DNA of 64,000 nucleotides from Macrostomum lignano (Eukaryota): the NCBI GenBank assembly GCA_002269645.1, contig NIVC01001928.1:822-64821 (forward strand), read 5' to 3'. Under the pieces are notes generated by a model that saw only the letters and a list, made by a program, of their open reading frames with translations, was not told the DNA's origin and ran no database searches. This document shows, one piece after another, positions 1-11,650 of the stretch (its first letter is position 1; every line of letters begins with the position of its first letter). Made by a program: the position numbers and the translations under genes.

Positions 1-240
1 GTGTCTTTAATGTGTCTTCCGTCTTCCAATTTTGTGTCTTTATTTTGTCTTCCGGTCTTTCAATTGTGTCTTTAATTTGTGTCTTCCGTCTTCCAATTGT
101 GTCTTTAATTTGTCTTCTAGTCTTCCAATTGTGTCTTTAATTTGTGTTCCTCGGTCTTCCAATTGTGTCTTTAATATGTGTCTTCCGGTCTTCCAATTGT
201 GTCTTTAATATGTGTCCTCCAGTCTTCCAATTGTGTCTTG
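1..240. repeat. Degenerate ~26-bp minisatellite (GTCTTCCAATTGTGTCTTTAATTTGT) in CLCA intron
   Basis: Unit recurs ~9 times from position 1 and ends just before the splice acceptor at 276-277. Confidence 0.85.
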
Positions 241-277
241 AATATGTATCTGATTGTATCGCCTGCCATCTCTCCAG

Positions 278-1260
278 CAAGCCGCTACTTGATTCGAGCA
301 TCCGCCAACCGCAGCCTGCTGGAGCTCGACTTCGCATCAGCAGACGACGTAGGGGCGGCCGCCCAGCTGCCCTCGGTGCCCTCCGGGCAGCCCATGACGC
401 TGGAAGTTGCAGCTGCCGACGAGCTGCCCAGCTACCCATCCGTCACATTCTACCTGGCAGTGCGGGCCAACAACTCAGCAGGCGTGCTCAGCCAGCTGTC
501 CAATGTGGCTGCCGTGCAGCTGACCATGCCCGACAATCTGGCTGAGATTGGCGTCGACGTTGGGGGCGAAAGCTCAACATCTAGCACAGAATCCAGCACG
601 ACATCTAGCTCAGAATCCAGCACGGCATCTAGTACAGAATCCAGCACGACATCTAGCACAGAATCCAGCACGACATCTAGTACAGAATCCAGCACGACAT
701 CTAGCTCAGAATCCAGCACGGCATCTACTACAGAATCCAGCACGAAATCTAGCTCAGAATCCAGCACGACATCTAGCTCAGAATCCAGCACGACATCTAG
801 CTCAGAATCCAGCACGACATCTAGCTCAGAATCCAGCACGGCATCTACTACAGAATCCAGCACGACATCTAGCTCAGAATCCAGCACGGCATCTACTCCA
901 AAATCCCACACGACATCTAGCTCAGAATCCAGCACGACATCTAGCTCAGAATCCAGCACGGCATCTACTCCAAAATCCCACACGACATCTAGCTCAGAAT
1001 CCAGCACGACATCTAGCTCAGAATCCAGCACGACATCTAGCTCAGAATCCAGCACGACATCTAGCACAGAATCCAGCACGACAACAGGGCTGGATTCTAG
1101 TAAACACAGTCAGAGTTGGTGGTCATACATGGTAATTGTTTTGGCCCTAATTTTCGCACCTTCAATTGCAGCATTATTAGGGTTGTTCTTACTGTTTGTT
1201 CACTCGAAACTCCCGAGCAGAAGCCTTCATCTACGCAATAAAAAAGTATATCCAATCTGA
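278..1260 (+). CDS. Terminal exon of CLCA-family protein (calcium-activated chloride channel regulator-like): FnIII-like C-terminal domain, Ser/Thr-rich stalk, TM helix, short tail
   Basis: ASRYLIRASANRSLLELDF...TFYLAVRANNSAGVLSQLSNVAAVQL resembles the CLCA C-terminal motif (A.KYIIRIS...L..KF...LFIAIQAVD...KSEISNIA.V.L), from recalled sequence. Acceptor tctctccag at 269-277 (phase 1), hydrophobic WWSYMVIVLALIFAPSIAALLGLFLLFV, stop at 1258-1260, AATAAA at 1321. Confidence 0.8.
568..1083 (+). repeat. Coding 24-bp tandem repeat (~21 x TTSSSESS)
   Basis: Unit ACGACATCTAGCTCAGAATCCAGC lies in frame between the CLCA domain and the TM helix. Confidence 0.9.
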
Positions 1261-1505
1261 TTGCTACCTGATCATGGGATTCCTAAACTCACTATATTTT
1301 TTCTAGTCTGTATGTTTGTAAATAAAAGTGAATATTTTACTGAACCGTTTCTCGAAGTGCGAAAGCTCCGCAGAAAATCCAAAAGTCTGCCATGTCAGAA
1401 GTGAAAAAAATCTATCAGACAGACCCGATTATTTTAAATTTTACTATTCTTTAACTGTATCATTGTTTTGTATTTGGAAGTCCTTTGTAGTGATCCGCTA
1501 GTTGA

Positions 1506-2379
1506 TGTTAGGCGTCCCGCTTTGTCAGCAGTCTCCCTCGCCCTCGCCCTGGGTTGCTGTCTGCCGCTGGTCAGCTTCCCACCCCCCTTGGCCCGTCTGT
1601 TGCTCCCCTTGGCCTGTTCTGCCCTTCTGCGTCTCTGTTCTCAGCCCTCAGCTTCTCTGCTGTGGTCTGTCTCTGTTTCGTTCCCGTCCCGTTTTCCTCT
1701 GTCATGTGAGCAAGTCACATGACAGACTCTGCGTTCTTCGAGTCCTAAAGTGCAGTAAACATGTTTACTGCACTCGTTGGCCCTGTTTACGGGAGAATCA
1801 CGTGCTTTCGGACCCCTCCCTTCTCTAAGGAGAGGAGTGACTCATGTTGCTAAAAATAGCAACTGAGTCACAGCCGCGTGTACCCTGGCCGGAGACCTCA
1901 AGTGACGTCAGTTCTAAAAATAGAACGAGTCACGAGGTCTTGCGCGCACTGAGACCCTGCCTCGAGATCTCAAGTGACGTCAGTTCTAAAAATAGAACAA
2001 GTCACGAGGTCTTGTGCGTGGGTGTTTCCCGGCTATAAATAGGACCCCTCTCCCCTTGTTTCCGTCAAGGAATTGAATTGGCTTCTTATCTGCGGAGAAT
2101 TCACTAAGATCCCGTGTGCGTCAGTGTCTAACTAAGTGCCCTTTGCGTACTGAATCCGTTTGTACTGGTCTGACTGAGACCCCACTAAAGCCCAAGCCTA
2201 AGGGAGGCTAACACTGCCTTCCCAGTCACCCCTGAGCCCGGCGGGGATCTGCTGATCAGGACGCCTTGTTCATTAATCTGCAAATCTGCACTAGGTGCTG
2301 TGTTCGTTGACTTCGTTATTTCGTTCCGACGGGAAGCTCACCTCACCGAAGGCCGAGACCTGAAGGAACTGGTGGCAGC
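1506..2379 (+). mobile_element. LTR-like element with strong Pol II promoter (U3-like), possible solo or 5' LTR
   Basis: TGTTAGG at 1506, E-box CACGTG 1799, AP-1 sites 1838 and 1864, 72-bp-period duplication with TGACGTCA at 1903 and 1975, TATAAATA at 2034, and TGGTGGCAGC (10-nt match to a tRNA-Leu-type PBS) at 2370. No second LTR or intact gag/pol seen. Confidence 0.4.
1838..2041 (+). promoter_or_regulatory. AP-1/CRE/TATA promoter module
   Basis: TGACTCA 1838-1844, TGAGTCA 1864-1870, CRE TGACGTCA 1903-1910 and 1975-1982, TATAAATA 2034-2041. Confidence 0.55.
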
Positions 2380-2536
2380 ACTACCTACGCTACTGAGAGT
2401 TGAGAGAACTTCCCACTGAAGAGGCTCAAGATTAAGGTAATCCGCAAGGGCCTAAACCGGGAAGAAAACCCCATCTATTTCACCTTGCTGGTAAATTCCT
2501 AGTCTAAAAGTCTTTGAAGGAAGGAAGTCCTTGCAC

Positions 2537-2900
2537 CCAATATACACGCAGGCGTGAGGTGGGTTTCGTGAGGGTCGGAATGAGTCCCTTACCCCACAGG
2601 AAATTTTCAGCAATGTACATTCAATACTGCATGCGCGGGGCGTGAGGTGGGTGTCGGGAGGTTGAGAATGAGTCCCTTACCCCACTGATAATTTTCAGCA
2701 ATGTACATCCAATACTGTACACATGGGGCGTGAGGTGGGTGTCGGGAGGGTTTGAATGCGTCCCTTACCCCACTGATAATTTTCAGCAATGTACATCCAA
2801 TACTGTACACATGGGGCGTGAGGTGGGTTTCGTGAGGGTTGGAATGAGTCCTTTACCCCACAGGTAATTTTCAGCAATGTACATCCAAAACTGTACACGC
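2537..2900. repeat. 88-bp tandem repeat (~4 copies)
   Basis: CAATACTGTACACATGGGGCGTGAGGTGGG...CCTTACCCCAC...TTTTCAGCAATGTACATC recurs with an 88-nt period. Confidence 0.85.
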
Positions 2901-3484
2901 GGGACGCGGAGTGTGAGGTGGCTGTAAGGATAATTGGAGCCTGTCATATAGTCTTGAATGTACATGTACGAACGTATGCAGTATCAATATAAAGACTCCG
3001 AATAATACAAAGTACGAAGGCGGAGATTAAATTTTCCTGATGGTAGAAAAGTGCCAATTGATTTCAGTGCGGTGGACAAAATCGGCTCCCGTGTTGTCTC
3101 GATAAATTATTAACAGAAGCCTATATCGCATTTAAGCAAAGTTCAAGGGTGTGAAGTTAATTCGATGCATTCTAAGGGGTGCTTGTGTCTTGTTTAAATA
3201 GCCTAGATGTAATAACATGTTATCCGATGGGACAGTGCCGCAGGTGAAGGATGCAGCATGCCCCATTATGTAGCCCTGTGGATGCCAAGTGTTATCTTCC
3301 CTACTTTTAGTGTAATTATTAGCGCTGGTAGGTGATAATTACATGTAGACTCTGACACATATCATTCTTTTACTGCGCTTTGTTCAAATAATACGGATTT
3401 AGAAGGAATAGAAGGAATTAAGAGCGAACTACTACGAGAAACAGATTATAAATAAGATGGGAATACCAGAATTAAAAGTGAAGG

Positions 3485-3486
<2 letters not shown>

Positions 3487-3517
<31 letters not shown>

Positions 3518-3532
3518 TTGGGAGCGAGTGCA

Positions 3533-3571
<39 letters not shown>

Positions 3572-3670
3572 TTAGGAGCGAGTGCAAGAGTGAGAGTGAG
3601 AGTGAGAGTGAGATTAGGAGCGAGTGCAAGAGTGAGAGTGAGAGTGAGAGTGAGATTGGGAGCGAGTGCA

Positions 3671-3725
<55 letters not shown>

Positions 3726-3772
3726 CAACGAGATTGAGAGTGACAGTGAGATTGAGAGTGAGGGTGAGAGTT
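3487..3772. repeat. (GAGTGA)n microsatellite with interspersed GATTGGGAGCGAGTGCAA units
   Basis: Directly visible; generates the spurious SE/RV/SL ORFs. Confidence 0.95.
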
Positions 3773-5664
3773 GAGAGAGCAAAAGGCGAGCAAAAGGCGA
3801 GCTAAAAGTGGCAATAAGCAAACACGGGCAGAAAGCAAAAGTTGTATTTGCAAAGTTGAATAAAAGTTTTCAAAGATGCAAAACAGACCAGCAATGCGAC
3901 TTCGGCGCTACCAGGAGCTCGTATCCTGCATTGCAGTGACGAAACTCTATTGGGAGTGGAGCATGCGGTGCTGTTTGTGTTTTTGGCGCAAATTCAAATT
4001 GACGCAGCGGCAAAATCAGCAGCCAGAGAGAGAGCGTGAGACAGAGAACAGAAAAATTGAAATCCCACGCAAGCGTGACAGGCGAATGGCGCAGGATGTC
4101 GGCTAGAAAATCAATCCTCATCACGATGTGTCGCGGCGGGGAAAGGAAGAGAGGCCGGCATGGCGGAATCCGTATGCAAGTCAAATCTCCAGTCTGGGCC
4201 AAAATCTCTCCATGCTCTGGCCGAGATCAAAATCGAGTCTTCAATTTTCTGCCAACAGGAATTCGGCTGACCGATTGGGGGCCGAGAGCAGCAGATGGAC
4301 TGGCGGTTGTCTGCCCGCTAGCTGAAGTAGGCGCTGCTCACTTTGAGTACAATGGCCCCCTGGGGCGCACGGGGCTCAAGACTGAAGAAATATTCTTTAC
4401 TCACTCGCCAACTAAAATATTCGGTTGGTTTTTGAACGGTAAAGGAGTTTTAGCAGGATTGAATAAATCCCCTCTCAGGAGAAAGTTCATCTCAGTTATT
4501 TTTGTAGCGTCCCCCAAGTAGCCAGCGTCTGATCGCAGCTGATTAATATTCATGTCAACTTTTAATGGAAATCTACACGATGTTAGAAATTATCTGAGCG
4601 AGCTCCGGTTGGCTTGCATTAATCTTTAAAACCAGTTAATTGTTGCCAAAATGTACAGTTAGATGCACTGGGACTTATTCTGTTTGTTTCCTGGCATAGT
4701 CTGGTTTTGGACGAGCCATCCGGATGGCTGATCCTTCTGAGAGGGGGTTGAAACGGAAAAATTAAAACGGCTAAAAAGAGAGAAATCCCAAGGGATGAGG
4801 CTAAAACAGCAGGTCCACCTTGAGAACACTGAATTTAAATCTTGCCCTACAAGGCACCGCACCATACGGGAGCCAAGGTTTTGTTTTTACGGGGCTCAAA
4901 TATTCGCACTGCAACGGTGGCAATTCAGCCGTGACCAAATTACGCATGCATGTGAGCATGCTTAATGTTTTGTTTATCCAGTGCCATGCAGTTGCCCCGT
5001 GATAAAAGATGACATTGTGGACTTTTAAATGAGTATTTACTATCGGGCTGGCGTTCTTAGTCACTCGGGCCACCCCCGCAACGGGATGATGGTCAAAGGC
5101 TGGACGGGTCCTCACTGGCCCCCTTGCCCATGGCCTCAACCCCTACTGACGTTTTCACGACTCGGATCAACCAGTGGGTGGCATCCAAGCACAGGAAGAG
5201 GCGGACTAAGGTCCCGACTGTCGGCAGTCCCGCGCTGCCGTCCCCTGTCCCTCTTCCGTCCTCGGACTCAACATCAGGGCGGTAAGTAGCCTCCTTGGGA
5301 CCACCCTTACCTTCCAAAGAAAAATCCGTAGTGAGGAATACCCATTCTGCCTCTTCGGTGTTGAGAATCTGCAATCGTCTTGCCTTTACTCAAGACAGGC
5401 TCGCCTTCCTCGGCCCAAACCTGGACCTCTCCGACGTTTTCAGGCCCAACAATTTCTGCCATTTCCTCCGCTACCTAAGGGAGCCCCCCTTCTGAGAGAG
5501 AACTATTTCAACTTCCATTTGAAGCAGCAGGACAGTCGAAAAATGTCTTATTCGCCATCGCACCCGATTCCAACTGCCTGTGGTCTGTGGGCGGCTGGAG
5601 TAGCCCATCTCGGGGTGTGCGGTATGTGCGATTTTGAGTGCGTAATTATCTTAACCATAGTTCT

Positions 5665-6424
5665 ATAGAGAGCGCGAGTTCTAGAGAGCGCGAGAGAGCG
5701 CGAGTTCCATAGACAGCGCAAGTTCTAGAGAGCGCGAGAGAGCGCGAGTTCCATAGACAGCGCGAGTTCCATAGACAGCGCGAGTTCCATAGACAGCACG
5801 AGTTCCATAGACAGCGCGAGTTTCATAGACAGCAGAGTTCCATTGACAGCACGAGTTCCATAGACAGCACGAGTTTCATAGACAGCACGAGTTCCATTGA
5901 CAGCACGAGTTCCATAGACAGCACGAGTTCCATAGACAGCGCGAGTTCCATAGACTGCACGAGTTTCATAGACAGCAGAGTTCCATAGACAGCACGAGTT
6001 CCATAGACTGCACGAGTTCCATAGACAGCGCGAGTTCCATTGACAGCACGAGTTCCATAGACAGCACGAGTTCCATAGACAGCACGATTTCAATTGACAG
6101 AAAGTGTTTCATAGACAGCACGAGTTTCATAGACAGCAGAGTTCCATAGACTGCACGAGTTCCATAGACAGCACGAGTTCCATTGACAGCACGAGTTCCA
6201 TAGACAGCACGAGTTTCATAGACAGCAGAGTTCCATAGACTGCACGAGTTCCATAGACAGCACGAGTTCCATTGACAGCACGAGTTCCATAGACAGCACG
6301 AGTTCCATAGACAGCACGAGTTCCATAGACAGCACGATTTCAATTGACAGAAAGTGTTTCATAGACAGCACGAGTTTCATAGACAGCACGAGTTTCATAG
6401 ACAGCACGAGTTTCATAGACAGCA
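5665..6424. repeat. 18-bp minisatellite (AGTTCCATAGACAGCACG)
   Basis: ~40 copies with point variants. Confidence 0.95.
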
Positions 6425-7045
6425 GATACGAGTACAACATATACAGCACACCTAAGCAATACTAAAAATGTAAGCAACTAGTTAACAACGTCTGTGAACT
6501 ACGAGCGTATAATGTAAAACTTTGTAGTCTTTAATACTAACTCATCAATTCTTCTGCTACGTTTCGACCCTGCTTCTCATTGTTTCACTAACGGACGCTA
6601 GATTGACCTTTCTAAACTCAAGCCCAAGCCAGTCTCAGCAGCTCGAACGCGCCCCAATAAATTCCATCTAAACTGATGCACTTCAGAACAATGAGAAGCG
6701 CGCGCCCGAGACCGCTACCGAGACCGGTGCAGGCAGCGAGGCAGCCAATCCTTGCCTAGCTGGGAAAGAGGAGGGGATCGCGGATCGGGACTTCGCTGGC
6801 CAAGGGTTGGCCATCGATTTAGCCTGGCTGACGGCGAGCACTGCGGGCTCAGGCCTGGCTGAGAGAGACAGAGAAAGTTGCGAGTATAGCCTGCGCTTAC
6901 AGGTAACTGGTCGCATATTTTAACAAACCTGCATAGTAACAGGAGTTGATCGGGTCAGCACGGGAGATACGCTGTGTTTGGATAGCTTGAATATCAAGCT
7001 AGTTAAAGGAGCGAGAGATCAGGAAGGAGAGAGGCACAGCGGACA

Positions 7046-7918
7046 ATGGACCCGAAAAGCGATATGCTGGAGAGGGCGCTGGAGGAGGCGGACGATTCCG
7101 ACTGGCGCACCGATCTCGGAGGCGACCCTGTTGAGCAGCGGCGGCAGCTAGGTAGTAAGTCGAAAAGCCGGCACAACTATCGCAGGCGGATGCTGTGCGC
7201 CAATTTGCAGAGCTTTGCGCACAGGACGTCCGCGCACGGGCTTGGCAGATTCTTCTCGCAGCAGGTGCCCTGGCTGCGGGGGCTGTGGGCTCTGGTGGTG
7301 TTCGGAGCCATGACTGGCCTCACGCTGCACACCTACAAGCAGATCAGCCTGTTTCGAGCCTATCCGGTGTCCAGCACGACCAGGCTGCTCACCAACCGGT
7401 TCACCTTCCCGGATGTGACATTCTGCGATCCGCTGATGAAGAAATTCTTTACCATAGGCTCCAGACAGCTGCGCAGCGACGTGAACAGAAACAATTACTT
7501 TGTGGCCAACTACATGCTGGGCTACCTGGTGTCGGATGAAGAACGAGACGACGAGGCCAGCAGCCGCGTCAAAGCCATCAAACTGGCCTACGCAACCTTT
7601 GAGCACGCGGTGCACACCTGGCCAAAGTTCAACATGACAGCCGCCAGCGCAAGGATATTCGACATGCTGCTGTACTGCCAGTACAATCAGGAGCGATGCA
7701 CAGGTAAAAATTTCACAGTGTTCTACCACCGGGACTATGGCAACTGCTTCTCGTTCAAGGCTACTAACAGGTTTATTCGGTCCAGCGGAGTGGAGAAAGG
7801 CCTCGTCCTGGTATTGTACAGTCCCAGCGTCGACGTCAAGCAGAGCATCGACTATTACAGCGACACCGTGACGACGGGACTGGAGACCGGCGGGCTCAGG
7901 GTGGCCGTGCACCAACAG
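7046..7918 (+). CDS. DEG/ENaC (amiloride-sensitive sodium channel family) subunit, first coding exon
   Basis: Conserved F...TSAHG motif, TM1 (LWALVVFGAMTGLTLH), FPDVTFC, CQYNQERC, YGNCFSF, G...GL.LVL and GLRVAVH. Donor CAG|GTGAGT at 7918/7919 (phase 0). Confidence 0.92.
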
Positions 7919-8394
7919 GTGAGTTCCTTAATTTCCTGACCCAGACTTTCCAGCCCTGTCTCTTTGATTCCTTCTTCCTTCCTGCCTTCGAGGACAACAA
8001 TAATAGCTTGTAGCCGCAGAAACGTAATCTTTCAAAACGTTTCGTTCCCGACATCAGCTTTTGGACGGGATCCCGTCCGAGCACTGAACTCAGTTCACTT
8101 GTGGTCAAAACTTTGTACGGCACCCGCAGTTGTCTGGTATCAGATTGTCGTTTGACCTCAGCGCGTGCAAGGATGCTGGCATTGTGCAGTGCAAGCGCAC
8201 AATGAAAAATGACAATTGCGTACGCTCGTATTCATCGGACATTTGCCTTTGACTTTGCCTTTGACTATTCCTGTGTACACTCCTACTTGCTAACTTTTGG
8301 AAAACCCATGATGACAAAAGTACATCTGGGGTGTAGATGGGTGATAGTTTGGTTTGAGGGCCCTAAAGGGGCTTGATAAGGGACAATGACAGCT

Positions 8395-8740
8395 TGTGTC
8401 GATGGTTTTGGAGAAAGAAATGGTAGATTGTGTCTATGGTTTTGGAGGTAGACAATGGTAGATTGTGTCTATGGTTTTGGAGGTAGACAATGGTAGATTG
8501 TGTCTATGGCTTTGGAGTCAGACAATGGTAGATTGTGTCTATGGTTTTGGAGGTAGACAATGGTAGATTGTGTCTATGGTTTTGGAGGCAGACAATGGTA
8601 GATTGTGTCTATGGCTTTGGAGGCAGACAATGGTAGATTGTGTCTATGTTTTTGGAGGTATACAATGGTAGATTGTGTCTATGGTTTTGGAGGCAGACAA
8701 TGGTAGATTGTGTCTATGGTTTTAGAGGCAGAAAATGGTT
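8395..8740. repeat. 35-bp minisatellite (GACAATGGTAGATTGTGTCTATGGTTTTGGAGGTA)
   Basis: ~10 copies, 35-nt period (TGGTAGATTG at 8421 and 8456). Confidence 0.9.
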
Positions 8741-9888
8741 AATTTTTCAGGAGTGGTGAAGAAAAGAGTGACTGAAGTTAATCATTGCCTATAATAAAAC
8801 CATGGGCCGTATGCAGAAAGCCTAGTCCAGACTAGCTAGTCCGGACTTGGGTAGTTCAGTCTATAGTCTATGGTCTAGCTACCCTAGTTCTGCTATAGTA
8901 GACTGGTCTAACTTTGTGTTTCTGCATACCAAATCCAAGTCCAGACTAGCTTTTCAAGACCGGACTACCCTAGACAGAGCTACCCTAGTGAGACCCAAAG
9001 GCATCAGTGTGGAAGAGGTTAAGCACATTGTCTCATCAAATCATTTTTAGTAGCCGTACGTAAGGATTTCAAAGCTTTGAATAATGAGCGTACTGAGAGA
9101 GATGCTATGACCAATGCGTCCCTATGACAACAGTTGGTTTCTCAAAAAGGTGTTCTAACTCCTAAAATCTTTGATCCAATAAACAGTTGTAGAAGCAGCC
9201 GTGTTCAATTGCTCATACAAGTGCTCTTAATTACAAAACCTTCCTGACTAAAGCTGCATATATAGAGTTCGGTCATTAATTGGTGTTGTTAAAGTGGATA
9301 ATCTGACGGGGAACACGATGGAACAGCGGACACTACTGACCCCAATGCAGCTGGGGGGGGGGGGGCAGTCCTAGCTCACTCTCTCCCTGGCAACCTAATC
9401 GATGCCCGAGCTTTGAACCGAACTCCCAGTCGTAAAAACGTTTCAACTTGAAATTAGCGATTTCATTTACTCGCTTAGGAAGCGAGCAAGAGGGAGAAAC
9501 ACAAACTTAGCAAATTATCGTCACAAAATCGAAGCCTGTCGTGTTTCGCGGCAAATTTTATAACACAGCGTTTACTGAGAATCGCATGCCGACTAAATTG
9601 TCGGCATTTGGCCGCAACAAGCGGATCAAACAGTGCCGGCACGAGCAGCAGCTCCCAGCATGATTGCTGCGGCCTCGGCTTGCCGACGCCGGCGCTTCCC
9701 AATGTCCGGATTGGAGGCCAGAATGCTGGCCTCACTGTCACGCCCCAATGCCTAATTTGACTTTTATTATGACTCAATGAATTTTTATGTACGCTCGTAG
9801 ATTAACGCGAAACTTTCAAACAAGAACAAAATGTAGTTTTTTTAAGGCTGATCGAACCCCTTTCTTCCTCATGCCCAGTTTTCTGAAC

Positions 9889-10190
9889 AATAATAATAAC
9901 TGAGTACACCTGACCAAATTGGGCCAGACGTGCAACCGACAGCTCAGCCGCAGCTATTGCGCGGTGCATCTGAAAGCTGCGTACGGCTGTTCAGTCCAAG
10001 GACTGGGGGTCGCCACACACTGTCAATTCCATGTACCCCATCTGGCACCCATTTTACTGCTGGGTTAACTGAAGCAATGCAGAGTTTAGTGTCTTGCTCA
10101 AGGACAAAAATTGTTCTGACTGGGTTGAGATTCGAACCCCCGACCTTTCAGTCGTGAGTTCGACGCTCTTACCACTAGGCTACAACCCCC
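9889..10190 (-). mobile_element. tRNA-derived CORE-like SINE, copy 1
   Basis: Minus strand: A box TAGCCTAGTGG, B box GGTTCGAATC, CORE-like TGTCCTTGAGCAAGACACTAAAC...GTAAAATGGG, (TTA)n tail. Homologous to 60645-60878. Confidence 0.8.
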
Positions 10191-11009
10191 TATTGTTCAT
10201 AGTTTTTTAAAATCTTATTGGCTATTGTTTATTCTAAACAATAAACTTTCCAAATCTAAACTGAAATGCCATTGAAAAGCCTGTGTACAAGCTGTCAGGT
10301 ACGAGCAGCTATGTTTTCACATTTTCATACTCATATACCATGCACAGCTGAGGCAGAAGGCCCCTGCACTCGTCAGTCGTGCAATTTCACGCTGCAAAAT
10401 GCATCAGCGAGATTATTTTATTGTTAGATTAAAAGTACAATCCTATTTAATAGTCCAGTTTGGTAAGTAAAGTACTGTATAATTACTAGGGGGTATAAAT
10501 CTTTTCCAGAAACAGACATAAAATAGTGTTTGTGCCGCAACCGGTTTGAACATAGAATAGACTCATAAGATTCATAATCGGATAAAGTCGCCGATTGTCT
10601 TGGGACGTATTTCTCTCCTGCTCTTTAATCTCATTCTTCTCCCGTAACCGTTCAATCCTTCTGATCTAGCGGTCCTGGTTGATCATCTTGCTAACCAGTT
10701 TGCGTGAGTAGTGAGCAGTCACTCAAATCCGCAGCCTAATCCGTTAGCCGTTTTCCAACAACTTTAATTGTTCCGATTGGCTTCCTAAAGACTTTTTAAC
10801 GCCGCTGTCTGTTTCTCGATTTTGCCGGAGAAAAGCTGGCTGTGGAAGCGGAGGGCATAAATGAGTTAATTAATTTGGAATTCTAAAATCCTAGGCTTAT
10901 AATAGAGTGGGAATTACGAGATTTTAATTCAGTCATTTTAGCTCGTGCTGTCAGTCCATTGCGACTCTAGATCGTAAAGTTTTAGGGCAGAAATTCCCCT
11001 AGTCTTGGT

Positions 11010-11650
11010 TGGTTGGTTGATGGATGGGACAAGTGGCCATAGACAGTTGGTGGATGGGACAAGTAGCCATAGACAGTTGATGGATGGGACAAGTGGCCAT
11101 AGACAGTTGGTGGATGGGACAAGTAGCCATAGACAGTTGATGGATGGGACAAGTGGCCATAGACAGTTGGTGGATGGGACAAGTAGCCATAGACAGTTGA
11201 TGGATGGGACAAGTGGCCATAGACAGTTGGTGGATGGGACAAGTAGCCATAGACAGTTGATGGATGGGACAAGTGGCCATAGACAGTTGGTGGATGGGAC
11301 AAGTAGCCATAGACAGTTGATGGATGGGACAAGTGGCCATAGACAGTTGGTGGATGGGACAAGTAGCCATAGACAGTTGATGGATGGGACAAGTGGCCAT
11401 AGACAGTTGGTGGATGGGACAAGTAGCCATAGACCATGGACAGTAGATAGGACAAGTGGCCATAGACAGTCGGTACATGAGACAAGTAGCCATAGACAGT
11501 TGGTAGATGGGACAAGTGGCCAGAGACCATGGACAGTAGATAGGACAAGTGGCCATAGACAGTTGGTACATGAGACAAGTAGCCATAGACAGTTGGTGCA
11601 TGGGACAAGGGGCCATAGACAGTTGGTGGATGGGACAAGAGGCCATAGAC
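11010..11650. repeat. 30-bp minisatellite organised as a 60-bp dimer
   Basis: CCATAGACAGTTGGTGGATGGGACAAGTAG alternates with ...TTGATGG...AAGTGG; lines 11041-11341 are identical. Confidence 0.95.

Noticed and set aside
3432-3853. SE/RS/SL-rich ORFs (SR-protein-like)
   Set aside because: All frames derive from a (GAGTGA)n microsatellite; no RRM or other domain.
3870-5500. Possible gag/pol internal region behind the LTR-like element
   Set aside because: Only short, stop-interrupted frames; no CCHC, protease, RT or integrase motif recognised.
10100-10190. tRNA gene call for the SINE heads (also 60645-60720)
   Set aside because: A and B boxes are present but there is no paired acceptor stem, and the sequence continues into a CORE-like body and simple-repeat tail.
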